DNA of 64,000 bases from Bacillota bacterium (lineage in GTDB: Bacteria; Bacillota; Clostridia; Acetivibrionales; JANLFN01): positions 76,900-140,899 of the forward strand of contig JAEWTV010000128.1 in NCBI GenBank assembly GCA_023397675.1, written 5' to 3'. The notes below the pieces were generated by a model. The model saw only the letters and a program-made list of their open reading frames with translations, searched no databases and was not told the origin of the DNA. Shown one piece after another: positions 8,478 to 15,932 of this stretch. A program made the translations under genes and the position numbers. How positions within the stretch are numbered: position 1 is the stretch's first letter; each line of letters starts with the position of its first letter.

Positions 8478-8984
8478 ATGTATCCGGAAAAAAATAAAAA
8501 GACTATTGATAGCAGCAGTAAACAAATAATAGCTCCGCAGCAGGAGACTATACCAGTTCCGCAACCTATTCCGCAACCAATGCCCCAGCCTATGCCTCAA
8601 CCGATACAAATGCCACAGCAAATGCCGATGCCGCAGCCAATGCCAATGCCTCAACCAATGCCGGGGCCATGCCCTGATATGTGCGGTGGAATGCCGGAAA
8701 TGGGAATGTGCGGAGATAATATGATGATGCCCGGTATGTCACCAATGATGTCACCAATGATGTCACCGATGATGGCGCCAGGGATGCCAAACGATATGAT
8801 GAACATGGGTGTGAATATGCCTAATCCAATGTTCCAGCAGCAGCCGAGTATGTGCTGCCCGTTTATAATGAACATGCAGTGTCCGTGCCCAATGCTTCGA
8901 GGACAGAACATGGGAATGGGAATGAGCCCTTATGGCGATCCGTATATGGGCAATTATCCGCAGCTCCCGGGTATGCAGTATTAA
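8478..8984 (+). CDS. Met/Pro/Cys-rich low-complexity protein (168 aa), function unknown
   Basis: GGAGGG lies 7 nt upstream of ATG 8478, and a strong terminator follows. Contains MPQP-type and MSPM repeats and two Cys clusters. Confidence 0.6.
   Translation: MYPEKNKKTIDSSSKQIIAPQQETIPVPQPIPQPMPQPMPQPIQMPQQMPMPQPMPMPQPMPGPCPDMCGGMPEMGMCGDNMMMPGMSPMMSPMMSPMMAPGMPNDMMNMGVNMPNPMFQQQPSMCCPFIMNMQCPCPMLRGQNMGMGMSPYGDPYMGNYPQLPGMQY
8736..8771 (+). repeat. In-frame 12-nt tandem repeat x3 (ATGTCACCAATG = MSPM)
   Basis: Three consecutive copies at 8736-8747, 8748-8759 and 8760-8771, with one substitution in the third. Confidence 0.9.
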
Positions 8985-9000
8985 TTCTAGGGTTCACTAA

Positions 9001-9029
9001 AAACAGGTAGTTTTCTTACCTGTTTTTTA
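9001..9029 (+). terminator. Intrinsic terminator
   Basis: ACAGGTA/TACCTGT stem followed by a T-run. Confidence 0.8.
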
Positions 9030-9215
9030 TTTTCCCTTAATAGATAAGGAAATAAGGACGTTTTTTGAGAAATATTCCGGGACATGTTTAAAAATTTGTT
9101 TGGCTTGTAAATACTTCCTCTAAAGGGGCTAGGTGGCATAAATTTGACAAATATATCATATTAGAATAAAATATCGATAGTCCCTTATTAATATTTGAAA
9201 CAGGAGGGTTTAGTT

Positions 9216-10274
9216 GTGATACCACTTGCGAAAAATATTAAAAGGTATTTTTCTTTGAAAGAGGTCATTGTTGTTATACTGGCCATAGTTATTGCTGTAT
9301 CTGCAGGCGTAGCCGTATTCTTCAATCTAAAAAAGGAGGTTGTAATAAGCGACAACGGAAAACAGATTACAGTTAAAACAATGAGGGCTACAGTAGGTGA
9401 AGTTCTTGAACAAAACGGTATTAGTGTATCAAAGTATGATTATATTGAACCGAAGCTAGATTCAAAATTACAAAGGATAACAGAGAATTCAGTTACTATA
9501 AAAAGAGCAGTACCAATTTACGTATTTATTGATGGGCAGGAAAAACAAATAATGACTTACAATGACACTGTACAGGATGCATTCAAAACAAATTCCATTC
9601 AGCTTGGAACACTGGATAGAGTTGAAAATGCGACCTTGCAGGACAAAATTGTAAAAGACATGAAAGTTAAAGTTGTAAGGGTCAGAGAAGAAATAATTGC
9701 AGAACAGACACCAATTCCTTTCCAGATTCAAAGCAGAGAGAATGACCGCCTTGACAAGGGCACTGAGAAAACTGTGGTAGATGGTAAGGAAGGTACACTC
9801 GAAAAATCATATAAAGTTGTATATGAAGATAATGTACAGATTTCAAAAACGCTGGTTAACAACAACATTATTGCAAACCCTGTAAATAAGGTTGTTGAGA
9901 CCGGTACAGTACTTACTTATCGTACTTCAAGAGGAGATACAATAAGGTACAAAAAAGTTATGAACATGAGAGCTACTGCCTATACTGCATCATATGCAGA
10001 TACAGGCAAAGGTCCGGGAGATCCCGGCTTTGGAATTACATATACAGGTGTAAAAGCAAGAAAGGGTATTATTGCTGTTGACCCGAGAGTAATACCGCTT
10101 GGAACAAGAGTATATGTAGAAGTTATGGGTAAGGTTTCAGACTACGGATATGCTGTCGCAGCCGATACAGGAGGAGCTATCAAAGGAAACTTGATTGACC
10201 TGTATTATGACAGTCAGTCCTTCGTTAACAACTGGGGATGCAAAAATGTCAGAGTCTATTTTGTAATGGACTAG
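9216..10274 (+). CDS. yabE: YabE-like cell-wall protein (DUF348 repeats, G5 domain, C-terminal 3D/RlpA-like domain)
   Basis: N-terminal TM segment and a C-terminus ..ATAYTASYADTGKGPGDPGFGITYTGVKARKGIIAVDPRVIPLGTRVYVE..AADTGGAIKGNLIDLY typical of 3D domains. AGGAGGG lies 6 nt upstream of GTG 9216. Confidence 0.85.
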   Translation: MIPLAKNIKRYFSLKEVIVVILAIVIAVSAGVAVFFNLKKEVVISDNGKQITVKTMRATVGEVLEQNGISVSKYDYIEPKLDSKLQRITENSVTIKRAVPIYVFIDGQEKQIMTYNDTVQDAFKTNSIQLGTLDRVENATLQDKIVKDMKVKVVRVREEIIAEQTPIPFQIQSRENDRLDKGTEKTVVDGKEGTLEKSYKVVYEDNVQISKTLVNNNIIANPVNKVVETGTVLTYRTSRGDTIRYKKVMNMRATAYTASYADTGKGPGDPGFGITYTGVKARKGIIAVDPRVIPLGTRVYVEVMGKVSDYGYAVAADTGGAIKGNLIDLYYDSQSFVNNWGCKNVRVYFVMD

Positions 10275-10363
10275 ACTTTTTATATTTGCTTGACAGATTA
10301 AAACCGTGTGTTAAGCGAGGATTATACTTGACACACAATAATGTAATAAGGGACTTTTGAAGC

Positions 10364-10397
10364 AAGCCGGAACCAGTATTCCGGCTTGAATTTTTTT
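10364..10397 (+). terminator. Intrinsic terminator
   Basis: AAGCCGGAA/TTCCGGCTT stem, then GAA and TTTTTTT. Confidence 0.85.
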
Positions 10398-10485
10398 AGT
10401 TGATTAATGCTTAAAGATTCAGGTTTAAGTATCAAGTACTGATATTATGCACAAATTAATTAAAGTTCACATCGGGAGCATTGCT

Positions 10486-11343
10486 ATGGATATAAGAGAA
10501 CAGGTAAAAAAGAATAATATAAGACTTACAAAGTCATTGGGACAGAATTTTCTTACAGATGAAAGTATAGTAGCAAAAATAGCTGACAGTGCCGGAGTTG
10601 AAAAAAGCGATCTTGTAATAGAGGTTGGACCCGGTCTGGGAAGTATGACCCGCCTTTTGGCTGAAAAGGCAGCACAGGTTATTGCTGTTGAGATTGATAA
10701 AAGGCTGATTGAACCGTTGACCCGGAATATGGCTGAGTATGGTAATTTCTCAGTAATAAATGACGATATAATGAAAATCAATTTAAATAATCTCATAAAT
10801 GATACATGCAGTAAGAATACTGATATTAAGTCTGTTAAGATTGTTGCCAACTTGCCATATTATATTACAACTCCTATTATTATGAAAATACTTGAGGATA
10901 ACCTTGGAATAGACTGCTGCGTATTCATGGTTCAGCGTGAGGTTGCTGATAGGATGGTCGCCAAACCCGGCGGAAAGGATTATGGTGCATTATCGGTTGC
11001 CGTTCAATACAGGTCAATTCCGCAAAAAGCTTTTGATGTACCACCCCATTGCTTTATTCCACAGCCCGAAGTTTACTCGACGGTTGTAAGGCTTGATATC
11101 AGGAAGTCTGCGCCGGTAACCGTAAAAGATGAAAAACTGTTTTTCAGAGTAGTCAAAGCATCTTTCGGACAGAGGAGAAAAACCTTGTTAAACGCACTTC
11201 ATAATTCCGGCTTTTTTAAGCCTGACAAGGAGAGGTTGGCCGAACTACTTTCCAGTCTGGGGATTGATCCGAATAGAAGGGGTGAAACCTTATCGATTGA
11301 GCAATTTTCAGACTTGTCCAATGTACTGTATAATGAAAAATAA
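10486..11343 (+). CDS. rsmA: 16S rRNA (adenine1518/1519-N6)-dimethyltransferase RsmA/KsgA
   Basis: KSLGQNFL motif, VIEVGPGLGSMT SAM motif and NLPYYITTPI. GGGAG lies 7 nt upstream of ATG 10486. Confidence 0.95.
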   Translation: MDIREQVKKNNIRLTKSLGQNFLTDESIVAKIADSAGVEKSDLVIEVGPGLGSMTRLLAEKAAQVIAVEIDKRLIEPLTRNMAEYGNFSVINDDIMKINLNNLINDTCSKNTDIKSVKIVANLPYYITTPIIMKILEDNLGIDCCVFMVQREVADRMVAKPGGKDYGALSVAVQYRSIPQKAFDVPPHCFIPQPEVYSTVVRLDIRKSAPVTVKDEKLFFRVVKASFGQRRKTLLNALHNSGFFKPDKERLAELLSSLGIDPNRRGETLSIEQFSDLSNVLYNEK

Positions 11344-11460
11344 AATGTAAGTAAGCTACCAAATAAATTTTTCGGTGGCTTATTTTTTTTCATATTGCCT
11401 CATATACATAATAATAGGTATTTCATGCCTTAATTCGGCTGTAGCCGTGTATTATGTGGG

Positions 11461-12729
11461 GTGGGGAAAATGGCAGGTAAAATTCATGACCAGAGACATT
11501 TTATCATGTTTGAACGTGAAGATCAGGGATTTGAATACGGGCAAAACCCTTCTGGATATGTAAAAATAGAGGTTAGAGGCGGTAAGGGAAAACTTTCGGC
11601 TTTAGCCCAGAATTTAAAATACAGTGATAATTTGTCATACAGATTATATCTGATTAAATGTAGTGACTACCAGACGGTCCCTGTTGACGCCGGTATTATG
11701 CAGGTGAAAAAAAATAGCTTTGAAGCAGATTGGAGCTTTAATCCCGAGCAGGTAGGTGAATCGGGAAATTCAATTGACGAATTTAATGTGGCTGCAATAA
11801 TTGCAGAATACAGTGATAGGAAAAAACTCCATGTTGAGTGTCCTCTTGCAGCATATAGAGGCAAGAAAATCAGTTGGAGAAAAAAACTCGAAGAATACCT
11901 TACAGTGCCACCGTTAAAACAGCAGCCAATTTCCGCTGAAAAAGCCAGTACCACAATTGAGCCTGCCATTATGGAAGCTGAAAAATTTGTTCTAACAGAA
12001 GATAACATGGTAGAAAGCATGGAAACAGTTAATAACAATGCTGTGGATATTTTCTCGGCCCCCGAGCAAATAGAAGGAGAAAAAAACGATGATATTACTG
12101 AGAAGGATTTTAAAACAGACATAGATTTGATGCCTGATGATAATCCGGAAGATAGCCCTACCATGAGTGATGAGGAGTATGATGGAGAATTCGGTAAAGG
12201 CTGTATTTACAAAGAGAATAATACTTGTGGCTTCAAGCAGGGCTCAGCGGGCTTTTATAACCCGTGTATTTATTGTAATATTGGTACAAGTGCTCAAAAC
12301 AGCCAGTACAGCAACAGGCCATCTGGAAGTGCGGACTCATTAAGAAAAAATCTAGACAAATATTTTGAAACTTTTGATCCCTTCGGAAGTAAAAGAAAAG
12401 ATTACAAATGGTGGAAGGTAAATAATCCGGTATACCTTAACAACGTACTTTACCAGTGCAATATTAAAACTCCCCTATTATTCAATCCCAAGGTTATGCT
12501 TGCACATTTTAAGTATAAGCATTTGATAGTGGGTATCTATACCGACCGTATGAGACGCAGAGAATTTATAGTATGCGGAGTACCTGGAGTGTACAGTGTA
12601 GATGAAAAACCCTTCGGTGATATGTGCAGGTGGGTACAACTCGAAGGAAACAGACCTAAACACGGTGCTTTTGGCTATTGGTTGGTTTATATGGACAGCC
12701 GAACAGGCAAATTTATTAACCTTGGATAA
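11461..12729 (+). CDS. Hypothetical protein (about 420 aa): acidic linker, Cys cluster, conserved-looking C-terminal domain
   Basis: Long ORF with normal codon usage directly after ksgA. The start could be ATG 11470. No family recognised from sequence. Confidence 0.65.
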   Translation: MGKMAGKIHDQRHFIMFEREDQGFEYGQNPSGYVKIEVRGGKGKLSALAQNLKYSDNLSYRLYLIKCSDYQTVPVDAGIMQVKKNSFEADWSFNPEQVGESGNSIDEFNVAAIIAEYSDRKKLHVECPLAAYRGKKISWRKKLEEYLTVPPLKQQPISAEKASTTIEPAIMEAEKFVLTEDNMVESMETVNNNAVDIFSAPEQIEGEKNDDITEKDFKTDIDLMPDDNPEDSPTMSDEEYDGEFGKGCIYKENNTCGFKQGSAGFYNPCIYCNIGTSAQNSQYSNRPSGSADSLRKNLDKYFETFDPFGSKRKDYKWWKVNNPVYLNNVLYQCNIKTPLLFNPKVMLAHFKYKHLIVGIYTDRMRRREFIVCGVPGVYSVDEKPFGDMCRWVQLEGNRPKHGAFGYWLVYMDSRTGKFINLG

Positions 12730-12751
12730 AACTTATAAACGTTTATAAGCA

Positions 12752-12780
12752 TTGAAATTATACTTAATCTCTTATATAAT
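12752..12780 (+). promoter_or_regulatory. Sigma-A type promoter of the amtB leader
   Basis: TTGAAA (12752-12757), 17-nt spacer, TATAAT (12775-12780). Confidence 0.55.
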
Positions 12781-12873
12781 ATAAGAGGCAGAGACCGGCG
12801 AACGCTTTCTGTCTGCAATGTTGCATTTTACGGTGACGTATTTTACATTGATGTGAATTATTGGGTATTGAGG

Positions 12874-12908
12874 CCCTGTATGCATTTATATGCGTATGGG
12901 GTTTTTTT
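12874..12908 (+). terminator. Leader terminator (putative attenuator) upstream of amtB
   Basis: 12-bp stem CCCTGTATGCAT/ATGCGTATGGGG, including three G-U pairs that work only on the plus strand. It is followed by T7 and lies 97 nt upstream of the amtB ATG. Confidence 0.55.
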
Positions 12909-13004
12909 AATGTGAAGCGGTCATTATATAATGCGTTTCATGAATTATCTCTTGAGACAATGGGGTTGATGGAAACTAATCTTATTTTATGAGGAGATGC
13001 GGTC

Positions 13005-14348
13005 ATGAGTTTAAGTAATATTGCAGGCGGTTTAAATACTGTATGGGTTCTTCTGGCAGCCGCTTTGGTGTTTTTTATGGAAGCGGGTTTTGCCATGCTG
13101 GAAGCGGGTTTTGTAAGAGCTAAAAACTCTTTAAACATAATAATGAAGGTCTTCATTGATTGTTGTGCAGGTTTACTTGGTTATTGGGCAATCGGTTTTG
13201 GAATCATGTACGGCGCTGATAAGCTGCATATTTTCGGAACCAGTGGTTTTTTTGTACAGGGAAGCATGGAAAATCTACCCTTCCTTAAGCAGTTCGGACT
13301 CCCTGTTGAGGTATACTGGCTGTTCCAGGCAGCATTCGCTGTTGCGGTTGCAACAATAGTATCGGGAGCAGTTGCTGAAAGAATGAAGTTTGTACCCTAT
13401 ATTGCTTTCAGTTTTCTGGCAACAGCAGTTATCTATCCTATTGCAGGACACCTTGTATGGAATCCTAACGGACTTTTTGCAAAAATGGGAATGCTTGATT
13501 TTGCAGGTTCAGCAGCCGTTCACTCTGTTGGGGGATGGGCTTCTCTTGCAGCTGTCCTGGTTCTTGGACCAAGAATAGGTAAATATAAAAAGGACGGCTC
13601 TGCAAATGTTCTGCCAGGGCATAGCATGCCATTTGCAGCATTGGGCGCCTTCATCCTCTGGTTTGGGTGGTTCGGATTTAACCCAGGAAGCGCTTTAAAT
13701 GGTCTTGACAGCAGTATAGCACATATTGCCGTTACAACAAATCTTGCAGCCGCAGCGGGTGGTCTTGTAAGTGCTTTGTTTACCTTATGGAGATATGGTA
13801 AGGTTGATGCAAGTATGACAATGAACGGAGCTCTTGCTGGCCTAGTTGCAATAACTGCAGGTTGTGCATATGTAAACCTTCCAAGTGCTGTAATCATTGG
13901 CGCAATAGCTGGGGTTATAGTTGTTCTTGCAGTTGAACTTGTTGATAGGATGCATGCGGATGACCCTGTTGGAGCAATTGCTGTTCATGGCTTCTGCGGT
14001 TCTTTTGGAACCTTGGCAGTAGGACTTTTCGCTTCAATCGGAAATTCAAAGGGTTTGTTTTTTGGCGGCGGTTTCAAGCTTCTTGGAATACAGGCACTTG
14101 GTCTTGCAACAGTATCCGTTTGGGCGTTCGGAACAACCTTTGGCTTGTTCAAACTGCTAAAGGCCTTATTCGGAATAAGAGTCAAGGCAGATGATGAAAT
14201 TGAAGGTATGGATATAAGTGAGCACGGTATAAGAGCATATGCACAATCACCGATTGATGATAGTCTGATACTCGAAGACGAAGAAAGCATTTCAGGCGAA
14301 TTCGGTGTTCAGTCCAGCCCAGTACGGGTAAGTACTGACAGAGCATAA
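13005..14348 (+). CDS. amtB: Ammonium transporter AmtB/Amt family with a ~40-aa C-terminal tail
   Basis: Amt signatures DFAGSAAVHSVGG and VHGFCGSFGTLAVG; 11-12 TM profile. Confidence 0.95.
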   Translation: MSLSNIAGGLNTVWVLLAAALVFFMEAGFAMLEAGFVRAKNSLNIIMKVFIDCCAGLLGYWAIGFGIMYGADKLHIFGTSGFFVQGSMENLPFLKQFGLPVEVYWLFQAAFAVAVATIVSGAVAERMKFVPYIAFSFLATAVIYPIAGHLVWNPNGLFAKMGMLDFAGSAAVHSVGGWASLAAVLVLGPRIGKYKKDGSANVLPGHSMPFAALGAFILWFGWFGFNPGSALNGLDSSIAHIAVTTNLAAAAGGLVSALFTLWRYGKVDASMTMNGALAGLVAITAGCAYVNLPSAVIIGAIAGVIVVLAVELVDRMHADDPVGAIAVHGFCGSFGTLAVGLFASIGNSKGLFFGGGFKLLGIQALGLATVSVWAFGTTFGLFKLLKALFGIRVKADDEIEGMDISEHGIRAYAQSPIDDSLILEDEESISGEFGVQSSPVRVSTDRA

Positions 14349-14517
14349 AAAGAGAATAATTAAATATTAAAATAAATGACTTTATTGCCGAATTATAGTA
14401 TAATATAGTAAAATGCTGCATTATGTGTGTACAATCTATATCAAAGAACGCCTAAGTGCGTTAACTCCTGGGGTGTATGCATTTTTATACAAAAGATAAA
14501 AGAAGGAGCTGGTAGCT

Positions 14518-14928
14518 GTGACGGTTAAGAATAAAGTCGAAATTAGAATAGCCGGCAAAGACTACACTTTGGTTGGTGTTGAGTCTGATGAATACATCCA
14601 GAAGGTTGGATTGTATATTGACAGGAAAATGAATGAGGTATTAAAGGTAAACAGCACCCTTAGTACCGCAATGGCTTCTGTACTTACGGCAATAAATGTG
14701 GCGGATGATTTCTTCAAAGCTCAGGATAGCGAGAAATTCCTGAAAAAAGAATTAAAACAGGAAACGGAAGAGTTGGAAAAGCTGAGAGAAGAAAATAAAA
14801 GGCTTTCTGAAGAAAACGCAATACTGGCTACAAGGAACACCGGGCTTCAGCTTGAACTTGTAAAGCGTGAGGCAGAGCTGGGTGAAGCAAGAAATTCCGT
14901 TAGTAAGGCAAATAGACACATAGTTTAA
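14518..14928 (+). CDS. zapA: Cell division protein ZapA
   Basis: VEIRIAGKDYTLVG..EYIQKVGLYIDRKMNEV plus a C-terminal coiled coil. GGAG lies upstream of the GTG start. Confidence 0.85.
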   Translation: MTVKNKVEIRIAGKDYTLVGVESDEYIQKVGLYIDRKMNEVLKVNSTLSTAMASVLTAINVADDFFKAQDSEKFLKKELKQETEELEKLREENKRLSEENAILATRNTGLQLELVKREAELGEARNSVSKANRHIV

Positions 14929-14958
14929 TTTTATAAATTTAATAATATTTTGTATAAT

Positions 14959-14995
14959 AATATGGGTTGAATTAATTTTCAACCCATATTATTTT
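14959..14995 (+). terminator. Intrinsic terminator
   Basis: 13-bp stem AATATGGGTTGAA/TTCAACCCATATT followed by ATTTT. Confidence 0.8.
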
Positions 14996-15015
14996 AGAGA
15001 AGAAGATAATTAACC

Positions 15016-15912
15016 ATGAAAATGATCTTTGTTTTTTTAGATGGGTTTGGGCTTGGTGAAAATGATAAATCCAAAAACCCTGTTTATGCTGCAAATGCAG
15101 AAAATATCCGGTATATTTTAAGTAATTTCAGAATGATACCAACTGATTCTACACTTGGTGTGCCAGGTCTTCCACAAAGCGCTACGGGACAGACTGCCAT
15201 ATTTACAGGGGTAAATGCGTCCAAAGCTCTGGGCAGGCATATGCATGGGCAGCCTACTATTACTCTCAAGCAAATACTTAATGAAAACAATCTCTTCCTT
15301 GAATTGGCTAAAAGAGGTTTGAAATTTACAAACTTCAATGTCTATAGAAAGGAATATCTTGATAAAATGAACGATCCCCGTGAAAAACGTTACAGGCCTT
15401 CGGTAACATCCGTTATGACCTTGTCTTCAGGTATAAGCTTTAGAATGGCGGAAGACTATGAACAGGGAAAAGGTATTTATCATGATATTACAGGAAAAGT
15501 CCTTAAGGAATATGGGTATGATATAGATGTTATTACGCCTGTTATGGCGGCGCAAAGGCTTTACCGCGAAAGCAGGAACTATGATTTTACCTTGTTTGAA
15601 CATTTTATGCCAGACATAATCGGACATCGCATGAATATGGAAGAGGCAAAAGATGAGATAATGCTTTTGGATGAGTTTCTAGGCGAACTGGTAAGGCTGT
15701 CAGACCTTGATAATGATATTATATTTATCACTAGTGACCATGGGAATATTGAAGACATTAGTGTAAAAACACATACCTTTAACAAGGTTCCAACTTGTAT
15801 TATAACGAATTTGTTCTGCGCAGCTTCGGTTACGATAGAATCCCTTACGGATATTACACCATCTGTATTGAGGCTTTTTGATGGGTGCGATAAGGGACAA
15901 AATCAGGTTTGA
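15016..15912 (+). CDS. Alkaline-phosphatase superfamily metalloenzyme (iPGM/phosphopentomutase-like)
   Basis: N-terminal FLDGFGLG metal-site motif and C-terminal ITSDHGN motif. Confidence 0.7.
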   Translation: MKMIFVFLDGFGLGENDKSKNPVYAANAENIRYILSNFRMIPTDSTLGVPGLPQSATGQTAIFTGVNASKALGRHMHGQPTITLKQILNENNLFLELAKRGLKFTNFNVYRKEYLDKMNDPREKRYRPSVTSVMTLSSGISFRMAEDYEQGKGIYHDITGKVLKEYGYDIDVITPVMAAQRLYRESRNYDFTLFEHFMPDIIGHRMNMEEAKDEIMLLDEFLGELVRLSDLDNDIIFITSDHGNIEDISVKTHTFNKVPTCIITNLFCAASVTIESLTDITPSVLRLFDGCDKGQNQV

Positions 15913-15932
15913 TAAAGTTCTGGAGGAACAAA

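Noticed and set aside
8403-8911. Minus-strand ORFs 8403-8654, 8590-8790 and 8651-8911 (His/Arg/Trp-rich or Gly/Ile-rich).
   Set aside because: They are antisense shadows of the repetitive Met/Pro-rich gene. They have no RBS, and their composition is the complement artefact of the CCN/ATG repeats.
9030-9215. A second ydaO-type c-di-AMP riboswitch upstream of the yabE-like 3D-domain gene, since Rpf/3D-domain genes often carry one.
   Set aside because: I scanned the 190-nt leader and found none of the conserved blocks (GGGGUGAAUC, CCGAAUCCG.CAGCUAAC).
10288-10397. A tiny sRNA between yabE and ksgA (TTGACA motifs at 10288 and 10328 followed by a strong terminator).
   Set aside because: Neither TTGACA has a -10 element at 16-18 bp. 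The hairpin is adequately explained as the yabE terminator.
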